From positions 3,630,001 through 3,662,000 of the forward strand of contig NZ_CP042911.1 of NCBI RefSeq assembly GCF_008065095.1: 32,000 nt of DNA, given 5' to 3'. Positions 8,415 through 17,128 of this stretch are shown here, in pieces. Each line of letters starts with the position of its first letter. The stretch's first letter is position 1. Both the position numbers and the translations under genes were made by a program. This stretch comes from Gemmata obscuriglobus (GTDB lineage: Bacteria; Planctomycetota; Planctomycetia; Gemmatales; Gemmataceae). The notes under the pieces are model-generated. The model saw only the letters and a list, made by a program, of their open reading frames with translations. It had not been told where the DNA came from and ran no database searches.

Positions 8415-11400
8415 ATGGCGATCGATAAGCCGGTTCTGTGGGGGGCGGACGGCAACCCTCTTTCCCAAGAGGGGGCGCTGCTCTCCCCGAACGCCCTGAA
8501 CGTCGCCCAGGTCATCCAGAACGCCGGGAAGATGTACTCGCACACGTGGGACGAGGCGATGCGGGACGCCCCGCAGAACGCCCTCGCCATGCGGCGCGAC
8601 CCGTTCTACCGGTCGATGCTGCAAGAGCGGACCTCGCCGACGCAGAACCTCGACTGGGAGGTGGCGGTTCCGAACGAGGACGATCCGGTCCACCGGTTGC
8701 AGCGGGACACGCTCCAACGCGCGTGGGAGGAGCTTCCGGACAAGCCGAACCTGATGTACTCGCTCCTCGACGGTGCCCTTTGGTGGGGGCGGTCCGGTCA
8801 GCAGGGCATGTGGGGCCAGAGCGACAGCGGGCTCACGAACTGGCTGTACCACGAGCCGGTCCACGGCGACTCGATTCAGCACCAGTGGGACCGCACGCCC
8901 GTCATTCTCGTGTCGTGGCAGGCGAAGCAGAAGTTGGAGCGGGACGACCCCGAGTGCATCATCAGCTCGTCCACCCGCGGGGCGTACGGGCTGCGGCTGT
9001 ACAAGCCCGAGTACCGCAAGCGGTTTATCCTCCACACCCACGTTCGTGAGGCGTCGGACTATTACGAAGGTGAGATGGCGGGCGGCGTCCACGGCGTCGG
9101 GCTCCGCTCGTGGGCGTACTGGGGCGATTACGTCCGCCGCGACATCCTCGCGGCGATGCTCGGGTTCATGAACTCGACCGGGATGATGGACCTCGTCATC
9201 ATCAACTACCCGGACGGCAACGTCGAGGCCGAAAAGCGGGCGATCGCGAACGCCAAGAAGATCAGCGGCAAGCTCGTGCTCATCTGCCCCCGCGACCCGT
9301 CGAAGGACTGGCCCGCGGTCGAACAGGTGCCGATGAACACCGCCGGCGTCGAGGTGGTGCAGAACCTGCTGGAGAACTACTTCGACCGTTACACGCGGGA
9401 GCTGTTCGTCGGGCAGAACATGAGCAACGGCGGCGGCGGGCCGGGCGGGCTGGAGGGCGATGGCCGCGCCGAACTGGCCGGCGATACCAAGTTCCAACTC
9501 TGCAAGACGGACGCCCGCCGCTTGGCCGAGACGCTCACGCGGGACTGGCTCGTCCCGTGCCGGGATTACAACTTCCCCGGCTCGAAGGTGCCGGTGACGA
9601 TGAAGCCCATCCTGGCCGATCCCAAGGCCAAGGAGAAGGCACAGAACATTAGCGTCTGCGTCGCCAACGGCATCGAGATCGAGGAAGACGAGGCACGCCG
9701 GGCGTTGGGCTTCTCGAAGCCGCGAGAGGGCAAGAAAACGATCGGGGCGAAGCCGGCGGCCGATCCGACGAACCCGACCGCACCACCGGGCGACGGCGGG
9801 GCGGTCGCGCGCCCACCCCAGCCCCCGAAGCCGGACGGCGGGCACGACCTCGCGACCGACTTCCTCCAGCGGATCGGGCGGCTGGAAGATCTGCTCATGT
9901 ACCGGCTGAACCAGCCGCCGTGGCCGGGTGCGGTGTTCGACGAACAGCGCCACCGCTGGGTGAACAAGGACGGCAGCGACGGGCCGCAAGGTGGTCGCGC
10001 GACCACAGCCGGGAACGGTAACGGCCAACCGGCCCCGCAGCTCGGCGACGCGGACCGGGACGACATCGCCAACGGCATCGACGCCGACGTGCGGGCCTGG
10101 AAGGGTGAGGAGATCCCGCCCGGACTCGTGCAGCGGGCGAAGGACGTGGCACTGACGATTGCGGCCAAAACCTACATCTGGGCGACGCAGGCCACGCACT
10201 CGAAGGCAATGGCGACGCTCGGCGAGGTGATGGGGGCCGTGTTCGACACGCCGGCCGACATGATGAAGTTGGGGTACAACCCGTCCACGTCGAGCGGCAC
10301 GTCCGGTGCGGGCGTGGCCGATCCGGTCAAGGCGAACCTGAACGACGCGTTCGGCGTCGGCGTGTCCGGTCACCTCGTCGCGTCCGTCGCGTCGAAGGTG
10401 CTGGTGAAGGCGGCATATTGGGTGCGGAACCGGACGCAGAAGGGCGAGCAGCCGACCGCCCTCTCTTTGGTGGCGTTGCTGTACGAAGGCGACCAAGAGC
10501 CGGACGGGTTCTTCGAGTGGGCCGAGTTCATCGCGACCGTGCTTCAGAGGACCGCAAAGGGGATCGGCAGCGACGCCCAGATGCCGGACGCGGCGACCGT
10601 CGAGCGGAACCTGCGGGCGCTGGTGGAAGAACGCCAGAAAGCCGAAGGGGACGACGACCTCACCGGGTACGCGTGGGACGAATCGCAGGTCAAGCGGGAC
10701 GGGGACGGTCAGTTCGCCCCGAAGAACGGTGGGGAGTACGGACCCGACCACCCCCGCACCCGCAAGGGGCGGCCGGTGCCGCGGTCCGCAATCCGTCTGG
10801 CCGCCACCTCCCCGGACGATGCCGACGAGATCCGCAAGCGGTTGAGCGTTCCGGCCGAACGCGAGAAGTTCGACGCGGCGGTCAAGGCCGAGAAGCGACG
10901 GATCGGTGACGCCCGCCGCAAGAAGCGGCTCGACCTCGCCGGCAAGGCCGCCGCCGCCGAAGGCGACCGGATCGGCAAGATGCCCGCCGCGGCCCGCCGG
11001 CTCAAACTCGACGGACTCGCGGCCGAACTCTCGCAGGCGGCGAACGCGATCCGATCGGCCCACACGGTCAAGCAGGCCAAGACCGAACTCAAAGCGGTCA
11101 AAAAGCGAATCGCGACGGCCGCCAAGGATGTTCGCAAGGCGTTCGGGGAAGAGGCAACTCGGTACGCCGGAACACTCGGCGTACCGGACCGGATTGCCAA
11201 GGAGATCGGTCGCGGCATCGCGTCGGCCGCCAAATACGACAACGTTCCGCCGCTACCAACGGACGCGATCGAAGACGCTCTGGGCGAAGTAAACTCGGCA
11301 TGGAGCAGCGGTCGCCGACGCGACGCCTTGAAGAACCTGACGGACGCGTTCGACGCGTCACTCGACACCTCTCGTGTTGCGGCGGCCGTTAAGGATTGGG

Positions 11401-12512
11401 CCGGGGATGGCGGGTACGCACGGGAAATCCTCGAACGGGCTCTCGAACTGCGGGTGGACGAGATCGACCCCAAGCGGGGCGAGTCGGCCGCCGCGTACAA
11501 ACAGCGGCTCGAGAACGACCACGGGTTCAAAAACCTGCCGCAACCCGAGGCGGGTGAGAGTGCGAAAGACTACTCCTACACGCCGGACATTGAGAACACG
11601 CGGTCCGATCGGAGCGACGCCGTCGCCGCGAATTGGCTCAGCGGGTTCGCCGACCACATCGCGAAAGCGTTCGGGAGTGGTCGCGCGACCACCTCATACG
11701 ACTGGGATGCGGGCGACCACCCACGCGGCCAGCCCGACAACGCCGGCCAGTTCGCACCGAAGGGCGGCGGCACAAAGGAGAGTGGCGACCGCCCAAAAGC
11801 TGACGCCGGTGGTCGCGCGACCACCGGCAACCTCCGGGACCGCCTGAACGATAAAGACGACCCGATCAACGCCGACGCGGGCCGTAGCGGTCGCGCGACC
11901 ACGCATGCGGATAAGGCGTCCAAACGGAATCGCCCGAAAGCCGTCGGGGTTGCGGGCGTGGTGGATGTGGCCCGGTCGCGGCGGATCAAGAAGGCTCACA
12001 AGGTCGAGCAGGAGGTCGCGGTCGCAGTTGAAGGGGCGAACCTGCCCGACAGCGAGCCGGCGGACGTGGTGTACATGCCAGACGCTCGGGGCAAGCCAAT
12101 CACGGACCCGGCCGAATCGAAGCGGTGGCTCGCCCAACGTGCCAAGGTACTTGCCGCTCACAACAAGCGGCAGGCGGGACAGGAACTCACCGCTGCCGAA
12201 CGGTCATTGGCCGAGGTGGCAGAAACGGTGCTGTCGAATCCGGCCCACTTCTTCGAGGTAAAAACCTTGCAGAAGGCACGACAGAACCGGGTGCGGATGA
12301 CTGCCGACGCCCTCGATAAGAAACGGGCATGGCAGGCGAAGTACAACGTGGTATTCTCCGTCGTCATCGTTGACGAGCGGAAGGGCTCGAAGCACTCGGG
12401 ACACCGAGTCTACGTCGCCCCCGCCACGCTCGAAAAGACGGTGTCGCTCGCCGATTGTGTAAAAGTCGGCAGCATCGCAGAGGTGCTCAAACACGCCCGG
12501 GGTGGCTCGTGA
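8415..12512 (+). CDS. portal-containing giant head protein (portal-like N-terminus plus long C-terminal extension)
   Basis: Uninterrupted 1365-codon frame with high GC3, directly downstream of terL. The portal call for the first ~460 aa rests on synteny only. Low-complexity linkers carry 5 copies of the 16-bp palindrome. Confidence 0.5.
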   Translation: MAIDKPVLWGADGNPLSQEGALLSPNALNVAQVIQNAGKMYSHTWDEAMRDAPQNALAMRRDPFYRSMLQERTSPTQNLDWEVAVPNEDDPVHRLQRDTLQRAWEELPDKPNLMYSLLDGALWWGRSGQQGMWGQSDSGLTNWLYHEPVHGDSIQHQWDRTPVILVSWQAKQKLERDDPECIISSSTRGAYGLRLYKPEYRKRFILHTHVREASDYYEGEMAGGVHGVGLRSWAYWGDYVRRDILAAMLGFMNSTGMMDLVIINYPDGNVEAEKRAIANAKKISGKLVLICPRDPSKDWPAVEQVPMNTAGVEVVQNLLENYFDRYTRELFVGQNMSNGGGGPGGLEGDGRAELAGDTKFQLCKTDARRLAETLTRDWLVPCRDYNFPGSKVPVTMKPILADPKAKEKAQNISVCVANGIEIEEDEARRALGFSKPREGKKTIGAKPAADPTNPTAPPGDGGAVARPPQPPKPDGGHDLATDFLQRIGRLEDLLMYRLNQPPWPGAVFDEQRHRWVNKDGSDGPQGGRATTAGNGNGQPAPQLGDADRDDIANGIDADVRAWKGEEIPPGLVQRAKDVALTIAAKTYIWATQATHSKAMATLGEVMGAVFDTPADMMKLGYNPSTSSGTSGAGVADPVKANLNDAFGVGVSGHLVASVASKVLVKAAYWVRNRTQKGEQPTALSLVALLYEGDQEPDGFFEWAEFIATVLQRTAKGIGSDAQMPDAATVERNLRALVEERQKAEGDDDLTGYAWDESQVKRDGDGQFAPKNGGEYGPDHPRTRKGRPVPRSAIRLAATSPDDADEIRKRLSVPAEREKFDAAVKAEKRRIGDARRKKRLDLAGKAAAAEGDRIGKMPAAARRLKLDGLAAELSQAANAIRSAHTVKQAKTELKAVKKRIATAAKDVRKAFGEEATRYAGTLGVPDRIAKEIGRGIASAAKYDNVPPLPTDAIEDALGEVNSAWSSGRRRDALKNLTDAFDASLDTSRVAAAVKDWAGDGGYAREILERALELRVDEIDPKRGESAAAYKQRLENDHGFKNLPQPEAGESAKDYSYTPDIENTRSDRSDAVAANWLSGFADHIAKAFGSGRATTSYDWDAGDHPRGQPDNAGQFAPKGGGTKESGDRPKADAGGRATTGNLRDRLNDKDDPINADAGRSGRATTHADKASKRNRPKAVGVAGVVDVARSRRIKKAHKVEQEVAVAVEGANLPDSEPADVVYMPDARGKPITDPAESKRWLAQRAKVLAAHNKRQAGQELTAAERSLAEVAETVLSNPAHFFEVKTLQKARQNRVRMTADALDKKRAWQAKYNVVFSVVIVDERKGSKHSGHRVYVAPATLEKTVSLADCVKVGSIAEVLKHARGGS
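9801..9816. repeat. palindrome copy (14/16), in CDS
   Basis: gcggtcgcgcgcccac; read as AVARPP in the 1365-aa ORF. Confidence 0.7.
9991..10006. repeat. palindrome copy (16/16), in CDS
   Basis: Read as GGRATT in the 1365-aa ORF. Confidence 0.95.
11677..11692. repeat. palindrome copy (16/16), in CDS
   Basis: Read as SGRATT in the 1365-aa ORF. Confidence 0.95.
11809..11824. repeat. palindrome copy (16/16; 22-bp palindrome 11806-11827), in CDS
   Basis: Read as GGRATT. Confidence 0.95.
11887..11902. repeat. palindrome copy (15/16), in CDS
   Basis: gcggtcgcgcgaccac; read as SGRATT. Confidence 0.9.
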
Positions 12513-12850
12513 GCTACAGCGTCTACTACGCCTTCGAGGACAAGGAAGCTCAGGACGGCCCGTTCGTCGCGTCCGGAACCGGATGGCTCGATTGGGGCGA
12601 ATGGGTTCTCGATATCGAAGGGTGCGAGGAGTGCCACACGCTGTACGAAGCCGGCTGGGCGATGGCCGAACCCATCCGAGACGAACTCGAACGGCTGCTC
12701 GACGCCGACGGGCACAATGAAGACCGCGACGACATCACACGTGCTGTTCTGAAGGCCGTGAACGCTTTACCCCCTGGGTGCGAGACTATCATCATTTCGG
12801 ACGGCACCGAACCGGGAGATGATGATGACGACAGCGGCGAAGACGAGTGA
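12509..12850 (+). CDS. hypothetical acidic protein
   Basis: Frame of ORF 12455..12850. GTG 12509 overlaps the upstream stop (GTGA). C-terminus is poly-Asp/Glu. Confidence 0.5.
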   Translation: MSYSVYYAFEDKEAQDGPFVASGTGWLDWGEWVLDIEGCEECHTLYEAGWAMAEPIRDELERLLDADGHNEDRDDITRAVLKAVNALPPGCETIIISDGTEPGDDDDDSGEDE

Positions 12851-13532
12851 CATCATCGGCGAATTGCCATGTTCAGATACGCGGTGCGCGAAGGGATGGA
12901 TCACGACCCGAACTCGCGTCGCGGAAATGGAGCGTGGCGAGTACAACCTGTCGAAGTGGCGATGCTCGAAATGCGATGGGAAAGGCATCAGGGTGGTCGC
13001 GCGACCACCCCAGATCGCGTGCGGTGATCTTCCCGACCCATCTGGGTTGCTCGCTTGGATCAGTGCGGATCCGGACGAGGACACACACCGGCTCGGCTAC
13101 GCCGACTGGCTTGACGAACACGAACAACACCAGAGAGCGGAATACATCCGACTGTGCTGTGCGCCGGCGGGATCTCTGCCGCACACTACCCGTGTGGGCG
13201 AGTTATTCGATGATCTGTTTCAGCGTCTGCCGCCGAGCTACTGCCTCAAGGACATGCACCGTGGGTTCATCAAGCGGATCGTTTGCCCGTGGGAGAGGTG
13301 GCGTGATCACGGTGATGATTTGCGATCCCGTGAATGGGTTCCGCTCGTCGAACTGACGACGCAAGTTGTTTTTGATGAGGCCGTAGAAGAGTTTTGGGAC
13401 ACCCACGTCCGCGTCGCTGGTCGTGACATGGCGACCATTATTTCACCTCATGACGGTAGCCGAATGGACGCTCAAATACTCGAACGTCGTTGGCTGGGCA
13501 CTCGGTTCATTCTTGGCCCCATTCCATTCTGA
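12819..13532 (+). CDS. zinc-ribbon plus TIGR02996-like (Gemmata repeat-companion) domain protein
   Basis: CxxC..CxxCxGxG cysteines, then DTHRLGYADWLDEHEQHQRAEYIRLC, which resembles the TIGR02996 signature. Start uncertain (ATG 12819/12822/12825). Confidence 0.55.
   Translation: MMMTTAAKTSDIIGELPCSDTRCAKGWITTRTRVAEMERGEYNLSKWRCSKCDGKGIRVVARPPQIACGDLPDPSGLLAWISADPDEDTHRLGYADWLDEHEQHQRAEYIRLCCAPAGSLPHTTRVGELFDDLFQRLPPSYCLKDMHRGFIKRIVCPWERWRDHGDDLRSREWVPLVELTTQVVFDEAVEEFWDTHVRVAGRDMATIISPHDGSRMDAQILERRWLGTRFILGPIPF
12993..13008. repeat. palindrome copy (16/16; 20-bp palindrome 12991-13010), in CDS
   Basis: Read as VVARPP between the zinc-ribbon and TIGR02996-like parts. Confidence 0.95.
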
Positions 13533-13548
13533 ATGGCCGCGCGACCAC
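13533..13548. repeat. palindrome copy (14/16)
   Basis: atggccgcgcgaccac; 1 nt after TGA 13530-13532, 2 nt before the TACCATAA box. Confidence 0.75.
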
Positions 13549-13550
13549 CC

Positions 13551-13558
13551 TACCATAA
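13551..13558 (+). promoter_or_regulatory. TACCATAA box in front of an apparently leaderless gene
   Basis: TACCATAAggcATG; no SD; the ATG lies 5 nt after the TACCAT hexamer. Confidence 0.45.
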
Positions 13559-13561
13559 GGC

Positions 13562-14731
13562 ATGGGGCCGAGTGATCCGACGCTGACGTTCTTGGACCGC
13601 CTCCGCGACGAGTCCCAATGGGTCATTCGTCGCGGGGTGCCGATCTTCGAGCCGCACGAGCGGGACGCCCGGGACAAGGACGGCAAGCCGATCACGATCC
13701 GGGTCACCGAACGCGACCTGCCGCGGATCGCCCGCGAGTCCAACCGTCTTGAGGCCGAGAACGGCGTCGTTGGCGTTCTGACCGACCGCCACACGATCCG
13801 CCCGCGGGCCGACGGGGCCGGGTTCGAGCCGGTCCCGGACGTGAAGGTGTACGGCGTCCAGCGGAACTACCGCGTCGGCACGTACGGCGTCCGCGACCCG
13901 AAAACCGGTCGCGTCACGGTGAAGCCTGCCGTCCTGGCCGACTGGTACTTCCTGCCGGACGTGTCCGCCGAAGCCGCCCGCCGCCCGCACCGGTCCGTCG
14001 AGTACCAGCACGGCACCGGCCAGATCCGCGGCACCGCCGTCATGGTGAACGCCCCGTTCCTCGACATGGGAATGGTGGCCCTGTCCAGCGACCAACCGAT
14101 TTACTGCTACCAGATGGGGGCTTCCGTGGACCAGCCGAACAAGCCGACCGGGGACCAGCCGCAGTTCACGGACGAAGAGAAGTCACTGTTCGAGAAATGC
14201 CGCACCTACATGCGGGCGACTTACGGGCTCGGCGAAGAGTGGCCGGGGGCGAAGAAGGAAGAGTCTGCGAACCCCGAGAAGAAGACGGGCGAAAGCGACG
14301 ACAAAAAGGCCCCCATCACCCCGATGCAGAAGAACGGGGGCGTTGAGGTCTACGCGGCCCTTCAGGCTCGCGTCGCCGGGCTCGAGCAGGAACGGGACAT
14401 CGAGCGGTGCCAGTTGCTCGTGGCCGAGGGGCTGGTCGGCTACTCGCTCAACGCGGACGAGAAGAAGAAGGCGATCAGCTCGCTCGCCAAACTCCCCGCC
14501 GCCGACCGCAGCGAACGGGTCGAGGAGCTGAAGGCGATCTACGCGGCCCGTAAGGTGCCGGCCGGGATGATCGAGATCTACGGCGGCAAGGTTGAGGGCG
14601 GCGACGACGCCACGCCCGGCCCGATGTCGGCACCCTGGTATCACGAGCCGGCGATGGCGTACATGCGGGAGGAGCCCGGAACCATGTACGAAAAGGCCGT
14701 CGCCCACATTCTGGCGACCCACAAGAAGTAA
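13562..14731 (+). CDS. putative prohead protease/scaffolding protein
   Basis: Position between the portal region and the decoration/capsid genes. C-terminal charged coiled-coil-like segment (LQARVAGLEQERDIERCQ..). No SD; the ATG lies 5 nt after the TACCATAA box. Confidence 0.35.
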   Translation: MGPSDPTLTFLDRLRDESQWVIRRGVPIFEPHERDARDKDGKPITIRVTERDLPRIARESNRLEAENGVVGVLTDRHTIRPRADGAGFEPVPDVKVYGVQRNYRVGTYGVRDPKTGRVTVKPAVLADWYFLPDVSAEAARRPHRSVEYQHGTGQIRGTAVMVNAPFLDMGMVALSSDQPIYCYQMGASVDQPNKPTGDQPQFTDEEKSLFEKCRTYMRATYGLGEEWPGAKKEESANPEKKTGESDDKKAPITPMQKNGGVEVYAALQARVAGLEQERDIERCQLLVAEGLVGYSLNADEKKKAISSLAKLPAADRSERVEELKAIYAARKVPAGMIEIYGGKVEGGDDATPGPMSAPWYHEPAMAYMREEPGTMYEKAVAHILATHKK

Positions 14732-14750
14732 CCGCTGTCAGCGGCCCGAA

Positions 14751-14766
14751 GTGGTCGCGCGACCAC
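14751..14766. repeat. palindrome copy (16/16)
   Basis: Intergenic, 29 nt before ATG 14796. Confidence 0.95.
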
Positions 14767-14795
14767 TTTCACCAACCGAGCACAAGGGGCGGATC

Positions 14796-15200
14796 ATGTT
14801 GGGAAGCTTCAGCGGTCGCGCCGGCGGCAACATCCTGCCGGCCCGGTTCGTCAAGCGAACCGGCGTGTCGGGCGAGGCGGTTGTGACCCAGTGCGGGGCG
14901 AACGAGTCCCCGTGGGGGATCGGGCCGAAGGGCACCCGCCGCATGGCGCTGACCGGCTGGGACGACGGGTTCGCTGCGGTCGCGGGGGATGACGTGAACG
15001 TGTTCGGGCCGGGCGACGACGTTGCGCCCCTCGAACTCGGCGGGACGGTGGCGGTCGGAGACTACATCAAAAGCGACTCGGTCGGTCGCGGGGTCTCGGC
15101 GAGCACCGACAAGGATCGTGTGGGGGCTCAGGCACTTGAGCCCGGCGTTGCGGGGCAGCTCATCCGGGTCAAGCCGATGCGGTTCGACCTCTCGGTCTGA
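14796..15200 (+). CDS. DUF2190-like head decoration protein
   Basis: In-frame ATG 14796 within ORF 14592..15200. 134 aa, Gly/Val-rich pattern (..VAVGDYIKSDSVGRGV..GVAGQLIRV..) typical of DUF2190. Sits immediately upstream of the capsid gene. Confidence 0.5.
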   Translation: MLGSFSGRAGGNILPARFVKRTGVSGEAVVTQCGANESPWGIGPKGTRRMALTGWDDGFAAVAGDDVNVFGPGDDVAPLELGGTVAVGDYIKSDSVGRGVSASTDKDRVGAQALEPGVAGQLIRVKPMRFDLSV

Positions 15201-15218
15201 TCGGGCCGGTCGCCGCGA

Positions 15219-15234
15219 CCGGTCGCGCGACCAC
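15219..15234. repeat. palindrome copy (14/16) overlapping a second palindrome 15206-15222
   Basis: ccggtcgcgcgaccac; 33 nt before ATG 15268. Confidence 0.8.
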
Positions 15235-15267
15235 TTACGGGTTCACGGGCGGTAACAGGGGCGACTC

Positions 15268-16371
15268 ATGCCGATGCGATCGATCGGGCCGTTCAACGGC
15301 CTGCTGCCGGAACCGACAGGCGTCCTAGTCGGATACCTTCGCGACCCGAGCACGTTTCCGTACCTGCGGTACGCGCAAATCATCCCCGCCCCCGAAGTCC
15401 AGTTCATGTACTGGCTCATGAACTTCGACGAGCCGGTGCGGGTGCCCCGCGAGAACGACTACGTCTGGGCATACGACGACTACCGCCCGACCGGTAAGGA
15501 CTTCTCCGTCCAGGGCGAGTGGATCGAGACCCGCACCAACCGCTGGGACTTCCCGTACACCATTGGCGAGACCACACTCCGGCTGTGGAAAAAGGCCGGG
15601 TTCAACGTCAAGCAGATGTACGACGACATCCGCGGTAACCAGTTCCAGGTGCACCGGGCGTGGCGGGCGGTTAAAACCTTGCTCGCGGCGACGTGGCCGA
15701 CGAACAACCGGGCGTCGAACCCGTCCGCTCTTCTGGGGCAGTCGGATCCGGTCTATTTCGACAACTCGCTCGGCAACCCGACCACCCCGGGCGGCACACT
15801 GGACCCGCGGTTCCTCGTCATCAAGCGGACCTTCAACGCCGTGAAGCGGCGGATCAACCTCGCGACGAACGGGGCCGTCCGCCGCGACCAGTTGTTCGCG
15901 GTGATTCCGCCGGTTGTGGCCGAAGCGATCTCGAACACGCACGAGATCCAGGAGGCACTGAAGCAGAGCCAGCACGCAAAGGAACTGACGGACGGGTTCT
16001 CGAACGCGAACGACTGGAACCTGCCGGAGACCTACGCCGGGTTCACGCTCGTGGTCGAGGACACGCCGCGGGTGAAGATCAACCAGAAGGCCGACGGCAC
16101 GATGGCAGACATCACCGTGCCGAGCGAGAAGGATTACATCCTCGACACCGACTCCGTCCTGTTCACATCCCGGCAGGGCAAGCTGGACGGGGTGTACGGC
16201 GGGAAAAACTTCTCCACGCTCCAGCTCTACACGCACAACGGCGAGGCCCGCGTCGAGGCGTTCAGTGAGCCCAAGCACGAACTCGTGGAAGGCCACATCG
16301 TCGCCGAGGACAAGTTCGTCACGCCGTCGATGGTGTCCGGGTTCCGCCTGGACGACGTGCTCCAGTCCTGA
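15268..16371 (+). CDS. major capsid protein (by synteny)
   Basis: 367 aa, directly after the decoration-like gene. Strong coding signal. No motif-level confirmation possible here. Confidence 0.5.
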   Translation: MPMRSIGPFNGLLPEPTGVLVGYLRDPSTFPYLRYAQIIPAPEVQFMYWLMNFDEPVRVPRENDYVWAYDDYRPTGKDFSVQGEWIETRTNRWDFPYTIGETTLRLWKKAGFNVKQMYDDIRGNQFQVHRAWRAVKTLLAATWPTNNRASNPSALLGQSDPVYFDNSLGNPTTPGGTLDPRFLVIKRTFNAVKRRINLATNGAVRRDQLFAVIPPVVAEAISNTHEIQEALKQSQHAKELTDGFSNANDWNLPETYAGFTLVVEDTPRVKINQKADGTMADITVPSEKDYILDTDSVLFTSRQGKLDGVYGGKNFSTLQLYTHNGEARVEAFSEPKHELVEGHIVAEDKFVTPSMVSGFRLDDVLQS

Positions 16372-16391
16372 TCCGCCGCGGCGGCCCGGAA

Positions 16392-16407
16392 GTGGCCGCG
16401 CGACCAC
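16392..16407. repeat. palindrome copy (15/16)
   Basis: gtggccgcgcgaccac; 25 nt before ATG 16433. Confidence 0.9.
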
Positions 16408-16432
16408 TCACCGACAGACCAGAGGGTAAGGC

Positions 16433-17026
16433 ATGAACGGCTTCGGCGGGAACGGGACCGGGAACCTGACGCAGTCCGCGGGCACACGCATCCGGTATCT
16501 GATTCAGCCCAACCGCAACGGGCGGGCTCGGGTCACCAAGTGCGTGTACACCGCCGGCGCGACCGCCCACCCGCTCACGTTCGCCCGGCCGCTCGGCCGG
16601 ACCACGGCGTCAGCGGCGGCCGCGGCTGGTCAGGCGGTGATTAACCTGACCAGTGATCCGGGACCGAGCGGTAACGGCATCGCGGCGAACGACCTGCTCG
16701 CGATCCGCGAGACCGACGGCGTGACGAGACTGTACACCGTCCAGTCGGTGTCTGCCCTTGCCATCACCCTCACGAGCAACTTGGTGGCCGGTGCCGCGGC
16801 CGGGGCGAAGGTTTGGAACTTCGGCCTCGTGACCGACGTGAACCCGGCAGACGGGGTTGCCCACCCGTCGATCTCCGGGATCGCCGGGCAGACCACGACC
16901 TATGAGGACCGCGAGGGCGGGCTGTTCGCCACGTTCGTCACCGACGACCCGATCCTATTCGACAGCGGGAACGCGACAAACGCCGGCACGCTCCAGCAAC
17001 TCAACTGGTCGTTCACCGTCGATTGA
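16433..17026 (+). CDS. hypothetical head-associated protein
   Basis: ATG 16433 preceded by AGAGGGTAAGG. 197 aa. Followed by a strong hairpin. Confidence 0.55.
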   Translation: MNGFGGNGTGNLTQSAGTRIRYLIQPNRNGRARVTKCVYTAGATAHPLTFARPLGRTTASAAAAAGQAVINLTSDPGPSGNGIAANDLLAIRETDGVTRLYTVQSVSALAITLTSNLVAGAAAGAKVWNFGLVTDVNPADGVAHPSISGIAGQTTTYEDREGGLFATFVTDDPILFDSGNATNAGTLQQLNWSFTVD

Positions 17027-17055
17027 TCCGGCCCTAACAACTCGTTACACACGCT

Positions 17056-17087
17056 CGGGGCTGCTGGTCGATCGTCCAGCAGCCCCG
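17056..17087 (+). terminator. 12-bp GC-rich hairpin after the head genes
   Basis: cggggctgctgg-tcgatcgt-ccagcagccccg followed by the T-rich ttctcgttcgtgt. Confidence 0.5.
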
Positions 17088-17098
17088 TTCTCGTTCGT

Positions 17099-17114
17099 GT
17101 GGTCGCGCGACCAC
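17099..17114. repeat. palindrome copy (16/16)
   Basis: 14 nt before ATG 17129. Confidence 0.95.
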
Positions 17115-17128
17115 AACCGGAGCCAGCG

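Noticed and set aside
8325-11063. Very long alternative-frame and antisense ORFs in the track, e.g. 8325..11063(-) 912 aa, 27209..29374(-) 721 aa, 5192..6478(-) 428 aa, 1196..2530(+) 444 aa, 1575..2294(-), and many starting MVARP..
   Set aside because: These are high-GC artefacts. They have Arg/Pro/Gly-rich low-complexity translations and lie antisense to, or out of frame with, ORFs that carry recognisable domains. Many simply start at the GTG inside the palindrome, which has no stop codon in any frame.
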